From Gemmatimonadota bacterium (lineage in GTDB: Bacteria > Gemmatimonadota > Gemmatimonadetes > Palauibacterales > Palauibacteraceae), in the NCBI GenBank assembly GCA_039584685.1, contig JBDGXI010000003.1, positions 10,556 through 74,555 on the forward strand: DNA of 64,000 bases, written 5' to 3'. Under the pieces are notes generated by a model. That model made no database searches and was not told where the DNA came from. It worked only from the letters and a program-made list of their open reading frames with translations. Below, in pieces: positions 56,035 to 64,000 of this stretch; position 1 is the first letter of the stretch; the number at the start of each line of letters is the position of its first letter. A program made the translations under genes and the position numbers.

Positions 56035-57119
56035 CCGGATCCTCGGTTCTCGTTGCCATGTCGGGTGGGGTGGACTCGAGCGTCGCCGCCGCATTCCTTG
56101 TGCGCGAGGGATACCGGGTCGTCGGCGCCACCATGAAGACCTTCTGCTACTCGGACGCCAAGGGCCCGGCCCAGAAGTGCTGCGGCCTCGAAGGGATCGC
56201 CGACGCCCGGGCGGTGGCGGCGGCTTTGCACGTGCCGCACCGGGTGTTCGACCTGGAGAAGGAGTTCACTGACGACGTCATCCGCGACTTCGTCCACGAG
56301 TATGCCGCCGGAAGGACGCCGATTCCGTGCGTGCGCTGCAACAGCTTCACCAAGTTTCGGGACCTGGTGCGACGAGCGGACGAGCTCGGGTGCGGGTTCG
56401 TGGCCACCGGACACTACGCGCGGGTATCGCGCCGGCGCGGCACGTCGCTGCTGTGCCGCGCCGAGGACGACCGGAAGGATCAAACGTACTTTCTGTGGGG
56501 CATCCCCCGGACGGTACTCGATCGGCTGCTGCTTCCGGTGGGCGACCTGCCCAAGAGCTCCGTCCGGGAAGCGGCGCGATCGCTGGGGCTTCTCACGGCG
56601 GACAAGCCCGAGTCGTTCGAGATCTGCTTCGTTCCGGACGATGACTACGCCGGCGTTCTGCGAGATCACCTGGGGGAGGCTCATCCCGCGCTATCTCCCG
56701 GACCGATCGTTCGGGAGGACGGGATCCCGGTGGGCGAGCACACGGGGTACGCCCGGTTCACGATCGGCCAACGCAAGGGACTCCCGGGAGGGTTCGATGA
56801 GCCCATGTTCGTCATACAGATCCGGCCCGAGTCCCGCACGGTCGTCATCGGGCCACGCGGAACGCTCACTTCGGTCGGCCTCACGGCTGCAGGGGCCAAC
56901 TGGTTGGCGGACCCGCCTCAACCCGGGGAGAGCGTAGGAGCGAGGATTCGCCACGGCGCACCGATCGTCGACGCGACCGTGCTGCGGATCCATGCGGGAG
57001 GTTTCACCCTGAAGCTCGGAGTGGCCCAGGACGCGGTGACGCCGGGACAGAGCGCGGTGCTGTACCGGGAGGAGGTCGTGCTCGGAGGCGGCGTCATCAT
57101 GGAGTCGGACAAGAGCTGA
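56031..57119 (+). CDS. mnmA: tRNA-specific 2-thiouridylase
   Basis: C-terminal 362 aa of ORF 55857..57119 (+), from GTG 56031 overlapping the desulfurase TGA (gcGTGA). VAMSGGVDSSV PP-loop, catalytic Cys pair (CYSDAKGPAQKCCG ... CFV). Confidence 0.85.
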   Translation: MTGSSVLVAMSGGVDSSVAAAFLVREGYRVVGATMKTFCYSDAKGPAQKCCGLEGIADARAVAAALHVPHRVFDLEKEFTDDVIRDFVHEYAAGRTPIPCVRCNSFTKFRDLVRRADELGCGFVATGHYARVSRRRGTSLLCRAEDDRKDQTYFLWGIPRTVLDRLLLPVGDLPKSSVREAARSLGLLTADKPESFEICFVPDDDYAGVLRDHLGEAHPALSPGPIVREDGIPVGEHTGYARFTIGQRKGLPGGFDEPMFVIQIRPESRTVVIGPRGTLTSVGLTAAGANWLADPPQPGESVGARIRHGAPIVDATVLRIHAGGFTLKLGVAQDAVTPGQSAVLYREEVVLGGGVIMESDKS

Positions 57120-57137
57120 CTGCGGACCGACCGACGC

Positions 57138-58247
57138 TCAGTGGCGAAGGCCTTCCGCCTGCGCGAGCCGCTCTGCAGCCTCGCGTCCTTCGTCCGACAG
57201 CTCGTCCGGCAAGCCGACTACGACCCGCACGAGTTGATCGCCCGTGCGCTCGCCCTTCTCCACGCCCTGGCCCTTGATCCGGAAGGTCGTGCCGGACTGC
57301 GTGCCCGGTGGGATCTTCAGGACGATCTTCTTGTTGTCCACGGTCCGCACGCGGATCCGCGAGCCCAGCAGAGCCTGGGCCACGTTGATCGGAACCTCGC
57401 ACACCAGGTCAAGACCGTCGCGCGAGAAGAACCGGTCCTCGTGCACCTTGAACTTCACGATCAGGTCGCCCGGGCGGCCACCTCCGGGCCCGCGTTCGCC
57501 CTGCCCGGGGATGCGGAGCCGCGATCCGTCGTCGACCCCCGCGGGGACGGTGACTGCTATGCGACGCCGGGACGAAACGTCTCCCCGGCCACCGCAAGCG
57601 TTGCAGGTCTCCCGTGGAATCTGGCCCCGCCCCATGCACGCGGGGCACGGCCGCGGAACCGAGAACGTGCCCTGTCCGAAGGTGACCGTACCTCTGCCGT
57701 CGCATTCTCCGCACGCATCCGAGCCGGCCCCTGGAGCCGCACCCGTCCCGTCGCAGGTGGCGCACTCCTCGGAAATGGGCACGTTGATCGTGACCTTGCC
57801 TCCGCGAACGGCCGTGCGGAACGGGACCTCGATCAGGTACTCGACGTCGTGCCCGCGAACCGGCCCTTTCCTCCGATCCGCGGTAGTCCGCTTACCGGCG
57901 TCGAATATGGAGCTGAAGATGTCACCTATTCCGCCCAGGTCCTCGAACCGGAAGCCGCGTCCTGTCTCCGGCCCCGACTGCTGTGAGGGGCCGGGGCCCG
58001 GCCGGAATCCACCGAGTCCGCCAAATCGACGAAGCTGGTCGTACTTCTTCCTGCTCTCGGGGTCTGACAGGACCGCGTAGGCCTCTGAGATTCCCTTGAA
58101 ACGCTCGCCGACGCCTGGATTGTCCGGGTTCGCGTCGGGGTGATACTTCTTGGCGAGAGACCGGTACGCCTTCTTGATCTCCTCGGCCGAGGCGCTCGGA
58201 GTTACCCCGAGCTGCTGGTAGTAGTCCTTCGTCCGCGTGGGCATCAC
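57138..58247 (-). CDS. dnaJ: molecular chaperone DnaJ
   Basis: ORF 57138..58247 (-), 369 aa. J domain with HPD (KKYHPDAN), G/F region, four CxxCxGxG zinc-finger repeats. Confidence 0.95.
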   Translation of the reverse strand: MMPTRTKDYYQQLGVTPSASAEEIKKAYRSLAKKYHPDANPDNPGVGERFKGISEAYAVLSDPESRKKYDQLRRFGGLGGFRPGPGPSQQSGPETGRGFRFEDLGGIGDIFSSIFDAGKRTTADRRKGPVRGHDVEYLIEVPFRTAVRGGKVTINVPISEECATCDGTGAAPGAGSDACGECDGRGTVTFGQGTFSVPRPCPACMGRGQIPRETCNACGGRGDVSSRRRIAVTVPAGVDDGSRLRIPGQGERGPGGGRPGDLIVKFKVHEDRFFSRDGLDLVCEVPINVAQALLGSRIRVRTVDNKKIVLKIPPGTQSGTTFRIKGQGVEKGERTGDQLVRVVVGLPDELSDEGREAAERLAQAEGLRH

Positions 58248-58813
58248 TCGTCCTCGGCGCCTTCGGGCGAGTAGTTCAGCACCTCTACCTGCGCCGGACG
58301 CACGAGGCGGCCATTGAACGTATAGCCGTCGACGAACACCCTCGAGATCGTCTCGTCGAGTTCGCGATCCGACGTATCCGCCGTCATCATCGCCTGATGC
58401 AACTCCGGATCGAATCGCTCGCCCATGGCCTCGATGCGAGCGAGCCCCCCTTCCTCGAGCTCCTTTCGGAGATTACGGAGAATGAGGTCGAGGCCCTTGT
58501 CGAGCGCTTCGACCGTGGTGGTCTCGGGCGGGATGGATGACACGCGTGCCAGATCGTCCAGCGTCGGCAGGAGACGGCGAGCGAGGTTCGCCTGGGCCAC
58601 TACGGAGAGCTCGGCCTGCTCTCGACGCGTGCGCTTGCGGAAGTTCTCGAACTCGGCCGCCAGTCGAAGGTACCTATCGTTGACGAACTCCAGCTCCTCC
58701 GCCAAACGCTGCGCCGGGTCGTCCAGCGACTCCTCACGTTCGATCTGCTCTTCCCCGGTCGGCTCCTCGGAGGCCTCCGCTGGATCGGCGAACCCAGTTT
58801 CGCCTTCCGGCAT
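58244..58813 (-). CDS. grpE: nucleotide exchange factor GrpE
   Basis: ORF 58244..58963 (-, GTG). GrpE core ([17 protein letters not shown]...[17 protein letters not shown]). Start uncertain. I chose the internal Met ~58813, which leaves a 100-nt gap to the upstream hydrolase. The GTG at 58963 would overlap it by 50 nt. Confidence 0.8.
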   Translation of the reverse strand: MPEGETGFADPAEASEEPTGEEQIEREESLDDPAQRLAEELEFVNDRYLRLAAEFENFRKRTRREQAELSVVAQANLARRLLPTLDDLARVSSIPPETTTVEALDKGLDLILRNLRKELEEGGLARIEAMGERFDPELHQAMMTADTSDRELDETISRVFVDGYTFNGRLVRPAQVEVLNYSPEGAEDE

Positions 58814-58913
58814 TGTATCGTCATTGGAGACTACTTCGTCCGCCCGGTCACCTGTGCGTCCCAACAAGTCTACCTCCTGTCGTCCTTTCGAATGCCTACA
58901 TCCGGGCCCGACA

Positions 58914-59783
58914 CTATACGATGACGTCGCCTGCCGCGCTCCCCGCGTCCCCCAGTCTCTCACCCAGCCACTGCACCAGGTCCGCTGTCGCCCGCTCGGC
59001 GACGGGATCGCGGTACAGGTCGTGATACGCGTCCTCGTACAGGATTACGTGTGCGTTTCCCGGCAGCCGAGCCGCCAGGTCCCGGCCGGCGAGCGTGCTG
59101 ACGACCAGGTCGTCGCCTGCCAGCTGGATCAGGAAGGGCGTGCGGCTCTGCTCCGCCCGACGCACCAGGATTCCCGCCTGTCGCCGCATCTCGCCCCACA
59201 GGCGGGCGCTGATCCGATGGTGCACCAGGGGATCGGACTCGTGCGCGGCCTGCTCCTCGGTCGTCCTGAACAACATGCCGGGACTGATTTCGTTGTCCAG
59301 CGTGAGTGACGGAAGCAACCGATCGGCCAGGTCGCCGAGCCTGAGCTTCCAGGTCGGGAGACTCATCGCGCTGCCCACGAAAGGCGTCACGAGGACGGCG
59401 CCCGCGAGACTCGGGAAACCGTATTCCTGCACGTACCGGCCCACGACCAATGCGCCCAGTGAGTGGCCCAGGAGCACGGTCGGGAGCTCCGACTCGTGGT
59501 CTCCGGTGTGACGCCGGAAGAGGTCGAGGTCCGAAAGGAGCTCGTCGAACGACCTCGCGTGCCCTCTACGTCCTTGGGATCTGCCGTGCCCCCGCAGGTC
59601 CAAACCATAGAAGTCGAACCCGGCGGCCACCACCCGGCTCGCGACCCTATCGAAGCGGCCGGAATGATCTCCTAGTCCGTGCACGGCCAGCAGCCTTCCG
59701 CGCGAGCCCTTCCGCGCCCGGCTCGTGTAGAAGAGCCGCACACCTCCGGCACCCTCGAGCGTGCCACTGCGGTCAGCCATCAC
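58914..59783 (-). CDS. alpha/beta-fold hydrolase (lysophospholipase/monoacylglycerol-lipase-like)
   Basis: ORF 58914..59783 (-), 289 aa. [15 protein letters not shown] nucleophile elbow, C-terminal DAYHDL. Confidence 0.75.
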   Translation of the reverse strand: MMADRSGTLEGAGGVRLFYTSRARKGSRGRLLAVHGLGDHSGRFDRVASRVVAAGFDFYGLDLRGHGRSQGRRGHARSFDELLSDLDLFRRHTGDHESELPTVLLGHSLGALVVGRYVQEYGFPSLAGAVLVTPFVGSAMSLPTWKLRLGDLADRLLPSLTLDNEISPGMLFRTTEEQAAHESDPLVHHRISARLWGEMRRQAGILVRRAEQSRTPFLIQLAGDDLVVSTLAGRDLAARLPGNAHVILYEDAYHDLYRDPVAERATADLVQWLGERLGDAGSAAGDVIV

Positions 59784-60255
59784 TGCGACTCGCCAGGGCC
59801 TCCTGGAGCAACTCGAGCGCCCTGTCCACGGCCTGCCTGCGCACGTCCTCCCGGTCTCCCGGGAGCAGATAGGTGCCGTGCAGTGGCGTCGGCCCCGCCA
59901 CAGCCACGCAGACGGTGCCTACCGGCTTGTCCGCCGTGCCTCCGCCGGGACCGGCCACTCCGGTGATCGCCACGGCCCACGTCGCGCCAGACAGCGTCCC
60001 GACACCTGACGCCATCTCCACAGCCGTCCGCTCAGACACGGCGCCGTGGGATTCGAGGGTTTCCGGTGACACCGAGAGCAGGCTCAACTTTGCCGCGTCG
60101 TCATAGGCGATGACACCCCCCCAGAAGGAATTGGAGGCCCCCGGAATCGAAGTGATCTCCCTGCCCAGCCAGCCGCCGGTGCAGCTCTCGGCCACCGCGA
60201 GCGTCTCGCCGGCGGACCGGAGCAACTGGACGACTACAGAGGCCGGTTTCCGCAC
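59773..60255 (-). CDS. cinA: CinA-family protein (nicotinamide-nucleotide amidohydrolase PncC-like C-terminal domain)
   Basis: ORF 59773..60315 (-). [13 protein letters not shown] hallmark. I chose the GTG at 60253-60255, 8 nt after the pgsA stop. The pgsA-cinA pairing is common. Confidence 0.75.
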   Translation of the reverse strand: MRKPASVVVQLLRSAGETLAVAESCTGGWLGREITSIPGASNSFWGGVIAYDDAAKLSLLSVSPETLESHGAVSERTAVEMASGVGTLSGATWAVAITGVAGPGGGTADKPVGTVCVAVAGPTPLHGTYLLPGDREDVRRQAVDRALELLQEALASRSDG

Positions 60256-60262
60256 GGCCAGC

Positions 60263-60946
60263 TCAGACGTTCCTCGTCTGCTCCGCCGAGTCCTTCGCCT
60301 TGCTCCCCAGAACACGGCGAAAGGCGACGACGTATACGAAAAGCGACACGATCGTGAGGGCCAGGGCCACGATGAGACTGACCGCAGTGAACCACCCGTG
60401 CAGCCCCGCCCAAAAGCGATTCAAGGGGCCCGTCCATCCCTCCGCGACCACTGCCGTGCGATACGCGAGCCACAAAATCATCGAACCGATGAAGACGTTC
60501 TGGGCGAGCGCCTTCCGTTTGCCCAGGGTGGTGGCAGGCACCACGATGCCTCGTCTGGCCGCAGCCGTGCGAAGCCAGGTGATCAGTAACTCCCGACCGA
60601 AGAACACGACGAGAACCCACAGGCCGATCCCCCCGAACAACGGCAACCGGCCCAGGTCAGGCACGCGCAGAGTGAGCAGATAGAACGGAATGAGCGTTGC
60701 GACGAGCAGCAGCTTGTCGGCCAACGGATCGACCAGCTTCCCGAAATCAGTGACCTCCGCTCGATGGCGGGCCAGGGCGCCGTCCACCAGATCCGAGAGA
60801 GCGGCGACCAGGAACACAGCGAACGCTACGAGCCTGACCGAGGCACTCGCCTCGAACAGCAGTACCGTGACCACCGGAGCGAGCAGCACCCTCAGTGTCG
60901 TGATGGCGTTGGGAAGATTGACGTCGTTGGACACGCTCTCACGCAC
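60263..60946 (-). CDS. pgsA: CDP-diacylglycerol--glycerol-3-phosphate 3-phosphatidyltransferase
   Basis: ORF 60263..60946 (-), 227 aa. [12 protein letters not shown]...DLVDGALAR...G...D...D CDP-alcohol phosphatidyltransferase motif. Confidence 0.85.
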   Translation of the reverse strand: MRESVSNDVNLPNAITTLRVLLAPVVTVLLFEASASVRLVAFAVFLVAALSDLVDGALARHRAEVTDFGKLVDPLADKLLLVATLIPFYLLTLRVPDLGRLPLFGGIGLWVLVVFFGRELLITWLRTAAARRGIVVPATTLGKRKALAQNVFIGSMILWLAYRTAVVAEGWTGPLNRFWAGLHGWFTAVSLIVALALTIVSLFVYVVAFRRVLGSKAKDSAEQTRNV

Positions 60947-61523
60947 GGTTCAGGCTCTTGATTACCTGTCGGGAGATCGCCGTGAGAGACTCCAGAACGC
61001 CCGTTCCGTTGATCGCCACGGCCTCGAACACCTGGTGCTCGTCCGAATTGAGCTGCGCCTGCAGCTCATCGATCGAAGTGGCACCGGCCAGGTCTCGCTT
61101 GTTGTACTGGATTACCATGGGTACGCTGGTGATCTCCAGTCCGGCGTCCGCCAGGTTGTGCTCGAGATCGACGAGGGACTCCCTATTCGCCGCCATCCTC
61201 TGTGGATGGCTGTCGGCCACGAACACCAGGCCGTCCACCCCCCGGAGCACTAGCCGGCGGCTTTCCTTCTGCGGAGTCTGCCCGGGCACGGTGCACAGGT
61301 GAAAGCGCGTGCGCACCCCTTCAATGACACCCATGTCCACCGGCAGGAAGTCGAAGAACAGGGTGCGCTCGGGACCATCGGTCGGGGTAATGAGCTTCCC
61401 CCTCGCCCCCGGGTCGAGCCGCTCGTACAAGTACTTCAGGTTGGTCGTCTTGCCGCTCGCGGCCGGGCCGTAGTAGACGACCTTGCAGCCCAGCTCACCG
61501 GAAACAGGGTGGGTGATCGGCAT
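60939..61523 (-). CDS. mglA: MglA-like Ras-superfamily small GTPase
   Basis: ORF 60939..61523 (-), 194 aa. CKVVYYGPAASGKTTNLKYLY (P-loop), RTLFFDFLP, TVPGQ, VIQYNKRD (NKxD). Near-colinear with Myxococcus MglA. Confidence 0.85.
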   Translation of the reverse strand: MPITHPVSGELGCKVVYYGPAASGKTTNLKYLYERLDPGARGKLITPTDGPERTLFFDFLPVDMGVIEGVRTRFHLCTVPGQTPQKESRRLVLRGVDGLVFVADSHPQRMAANRESLVDLEHNLADAGLEITSVPMVIQYNKRDLAGATSIDELQAQLNSDEHQVFEAVAINGTGVLESLTAISRQVIKSLNRA

Positions 61524-61527
61524 GCGG

Positions 61528-61869
61528 TCAGGCCCTCTCGATACTCTCCTCGGCCGCCAGATACTCTTCCATCCCGGCCAGGATCAATGTCGCCCGCTTG
61601 CGAAGCATCGGCCGCTCCTCCCACGCCAGGTAGTCCCGCAGCAACAGGACGTTGTCGACGTCCGGATGGGCACGGAGGAAGCCCAGTGCCGCCAGGCGAC
61701 GCAGCGGATGGGGGCTGAACAATTCGCTCTGGTGGCGCGCCATCTGGTCCCGGGCCAGCAACACCCCGGCGCTGCCAACAGCCGCCAGCCCGATCAGGCC
61801 GATGGCCGTTATCTTCACGGCCTTCCACGCTGCGGACTCCTCCCGCACCACAATCACTTTGTCCGACAT
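61528..61869 (-). CDS. small TM protein with HEAT/PBS-lyase-like repeat, hypothetical
   Basis: ORF 61528..61869 (-), 113 aa. One TM helix (ITAIGLIGLAAVGSAGVLLA) then LRRLAALGFLRAHPDVDNVLLLRDYLAWEERPMLRKRATLILAGM, which resembles HEAT_PBS repeats. Tightly packed between recR and mglA. Confidence 0.55.
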   Translation of the reverse strand: MSDKVIVVREESAAWKAVKITAIGLIGLAAVGSAGVLLARDQMARHQSELFSPHPLRRLAALGFLRAHPDVDNVLLLRDYLAWEERPMLRKRATLILAGMEEYLAAEESIERA

Positions 61870-62457
61870 CTACATCTCCCGGCGTCCGCTGAACGCCTCC
61901 GCTATGGTCACTCCGTCCGCATACTCCAGATCACCACCTACGGGCAGACCCCGTGCCAGTCTCGTCACGCGAAGGCCTGAGAAACGTGAAGCGGCCCGGT
62001 GCAGGTAGGCAGCCGTGGCCTCGCCTTCCACGCTCGGATTCGTCGCCACGATCAACTCTGCGACGCCGTCTTCGAGACGATGCATGAGCCGCGCGACGTT
62101 CAACTCGTCCGGCCCCACCCCATCCAGCGGCGACAGATGACCGCCCAGGACATGATATCTCCCGCGAAATCTGCCCGATGCTTCGATGGCGGTGATGTCG
62201 GACGCCTCTTCCACGACGCAGATCTGCGACGCGTCACGCCTCGAATTGCGACAGTATTCGCAGGGCGCCTCGCTGCTCAGGTTTCCGCACTCGTCGCACG
62301 GCTTCACCTCCGCCAATACCCTCTCGATGGCCCCCGCTAGCCGGCGGGCATCCTCGGGCCTGCCCTTGAGGAGATGGTAGGTCAGTCGCTGCGCCGTCTT
62401 GCGACCGATACCGGGAAGCCGTCCAAACTCGCCGATGAGCGCCTCGATCGCCGACAC
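61870..62457 (-). CDS. recR: recombination protein RecR
   Basis: ORF 61870..62457 (-), 195 aa. HhH (LPGIGRKTAQRL), C4 zinc finger CDECGNLS...CEYC, Toprim. Confidence 0.9.
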   Translation of the reverse strand: MSAIEALIGEFGRLPGIGRKTAQRLTYHLLKGRPEDARRLAGAIERVLAEVKPCDECGNLSSEAPCEYCRNSRRDASQICVVEEASDITAIEASGRFRGRYHVLGGHLSPLDGVGPDELNVARLMHRLEDGVAELIVATNPSVEGEATAAYLHRAASRFSGLRVTRLARGLPVGGDLEYADGVTIAEAFSGRREM

Positions 62458-62793
62458 TCAACCACCCAACAACGAGCCCAGGTCCGGCAGCGGCATCCCT
62501 CCCGTAGCCTGCCGCATCTCCGTTTCGAGCTGCTCACGCGCCTTGCCCTGAGCCTGTGAAATCGCGGCCAGTATCAGGTCCTCCAACATTTCCAGGTCCT
62601 CCGGGTCCACGGCTGCCGGATCGATGCGCAGCGACCGGACCGCTCCCTTGCCGTCGGCCGTGACCTCGACCAGCCCTCCACCCGCGGAAGCCGAGAACGT
62701 CTCGTTCTCGAGCCTCTCCTGGATCTCGTTCAGCCGCGACTGCATCTGCTGCCCGAGCTGCATCAGCTGCTGCAATTGATTCAGATTCTCCAA
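62458..62793 (-). CDS. ybaB: nucleoid-associated protein YbaB/EbfC
   Basis: ORF 62458..62793 (-), 111 aa. MENLNQLQQLMQLGQQMQSRL..., canonical YbaB. Confidence 0.9.
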   Translation of the reverse strand: MENLNQLQQLMQLGQQMQSRLNEIQERLENETFSASAGGGLVEVTADGKGAVRSLRIDPAAVDPEDLEMLEDLILAAISQAQGKAREQLETEMRQATGGMPLPDLGSLLGG

Positions 62794-62799
62794 GGGCCG

Positions 62800-64000
62800 T
62801 CACTCCTCAGTCAGTTTCAAGTCCAGTGCTTCTACCGCATCCCGGAGCCGGGGATCCGTCTCCACGAGGCGCTGGAGCTTCAGGTCCCTGGCGGATTCGG
62901 CCGTGATGCGCTGCCGGGATCCTTCGTCGCCCACACGAAACCGGAGTCCGGCGGGATCGATCCCGAGCCTGACCCCGAGTTCCTTGCGCAAGGCGGCCGA
63001 ACGCCTGGCGTCGGCGAGGAACTTCTCCAGATCACCGGCCAGACCAGCCGGCAGCTCCAGGGAGAGCTCCCCGTCCTCGAGCCCGGAAACCGTGGCGCCG
63101 CGTAAGCCGACCAGTCGGCCCCCCGGCGCTGATCCTCTCGCTGCCTCGAGTGCCTCGGCCCACGCGACGCGAACGTCCACCGTCCCGGCCAACGGCTGCG
63201 GCTCGTCTGAAGCCGCTTGTGCTTCTGGACCACCGTCCGAGCCGGGCGGGGACCCGCCGCGCAGACCTGGAGTCGCACCGTCCGCCAGCGGACTCGCCTG
63301 ACGCTTCCCCCTACCCGGGACCGCCCCCCGCGCCGGCGGTGTCGGACCCTCAGGGCGTGGGGGCGGCGCGCCACCCCTCCTGGAAGCCGTTCTGTCCCCC
63401 GCACCGAGCGCCTGGAGCAGTTCGCCCAGCTCTACGCTGCTGTCCAGACTGGCGAGCCGGAGGAGAAGCACTTCGACCTGAATTCGGGGCTGCGCGCTAC
63501 GCCGGAAGCGGCCCACCGACTCGAAATCGGCCGTGGCCACCAGCAGGCGAAGCAGATCTTCGGCAGTGAAGCGCTGGCCGATCGCCGCCAGTGAATGCCT
63601 GGCCTCTGCGCTCAGCTCGGTCGCGTCGGAATCAGGATCGAGCCGAAGCGCGAGGACTGCACGCAGGGTGTCTCCGAGCCCCTGGACGAACTCCGCCAGG
63701 TCGTACCCCTCATCCAGGAGCGCCTGCACGAAGGGAAACACGGCGGCGCGGTCCCCGTTTTGCACGATCTCGAGCAGCTCGATGAACCGCTCCTCCTCCA
63801 CCAGGCCGAGCATCTTGCGCACGTCGTCGGCCGACACCGTGTCGCCGCTGAATGAGAGAACCTGATCCAGCAGCGAAAGAGCATCCCGGACTCCTCCCTC
63901 CGCGCGGCGCGCGATCGGAAGAAGAGCGTCGGATTCCGCGGTCACACCTTCGAGATCGAGCACTTCTCTCAGCCGCGCTACCAGGTCGGTGACACTGACA
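62800..64000 (-). CDS. dnaX: DNA polymerase III subunit gamma/tau (partial; 5' ATPase part beyond window end)
   Basis: ORF 62800..63963 (-) is an internal fragment. Domain III-V region (GGVRDALSLLDQ), Pro/Gly-rich linker and tau C-terminal region. The dnaX-ybaB-recR order is canonical. Confidence 0.85.
   Translation of the reverse strand, partial: VSVTDLVARLREVLDLEGVTAESDALLPIARRAEGGVRDALSLLDQVLSFSGDTVSADDVRKMLGLVEEERFIELLEIVQNGDRAAVFPFVQALLDEGYDLAEFVQGLGDTLRAVLALRLDPDSDATELSAEARHSLAAIGQRFTAEDLLRLLVATADFESVGRFRRSAQPRIQVEVLLLRLASLDSSVELGELLQALGAGDRTASRRGGAPPPRPEGPTPPARGAVPGRGKRQASPLADGATPGLRGGSPPGSDGGPEAQAASDEPQPLAGTVDVRVAWAEALEAARGSAPGGRLVGLRGATVSGLEDGELSLELPAGLAGDLEKFLADARRSAALRKELGVRLGIDPAGLRFRVGDEGSRQRITAESARDLKLQRLVETDPRLRDAVEALDLKLTEE

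Overview
This is a 64-kb window of a high-GC (~68% by eye) bacterial chromosome. It is almost entirely core housekeeping genes, densely packed and mostly on the minus strand: about 68 protein genes and one tRNA.

Major blocks:
(1) A complete dcw division/cell-wall cluster, mraZ-rsmH-ftsL-ftsI-murE-murF-mraY-murD-ftsW-murG-murC-murB-ftsQ-ftsA (1-15607, minus). It has many ATGA/GTGA start-stop overlaps and no ddl.
(2) A secreted TPR protein, tRNA-Val(TAC), a small 2-TM protein and an HExxH membrane metalloprotease-like protein (15830-19106).
(3) A Firmicutes-like block, rluD-lspA-dksA/traR-ileS-divIVA-yggS (19064-25514).
(4) exbB-exbD-exbD-tonB (25653-27957).
(5) The conserved tilS-hpt-ftsH-folP-cdaA cluster (28016-33826).
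(6) frr-pyrH-tsf-rpsB, rpsI-rplM, a short sigma-70 family factor and lepB (34104-40149).
(7) thpR, divergent from a PTPS/QueD-like gene that is followed by pabB-pabA (41036-44416).
(8) comM, a nitroreductase, an EamA transporter, a creatininase-family protein and a secreted hypothetical (44461-49365).
(9) A MacAB-like ABC efflux set (HlyD adaptor, ATPase, two FtsX permeases) plus an LmbE-family deacetylase (49501-54869).
(10) Cysteine desulfurase-mnmA, dnaJ-grpE, an alpha/beta hydrolase, cinA-pgsA, an MglA-like GTPase with a TM HEAT-repeat neighbour, and recR-ybaB-dnaX (54883-64000).

I found no mobile elements, CRISPR arrays, rRNA, or recognisable defence/toxin systems. I did not find a convincing previously undescribed multi-gene system and say so plainly.

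The most noteworthy observations are:
- a perfect 30-bp in-frame tandem duplication inside ftsI;
- three identical 9-mer direct repeats plus strong hairpins in the mraZ leader;
- a Cys+Glu PTPS paralog next to pabBA (a candidate FolB replacement);
- an MglA-like GTPase without a Roadblock MglB;
- a 277-bp unexplained gap between tilS and frr.

Several true gene starts differ from the ORF-track starts (non-ATG starts, internal Met). I re-derived them from frame, overlap geometry and N-terminal conservation. Coordinates read by eye may be off by 1.
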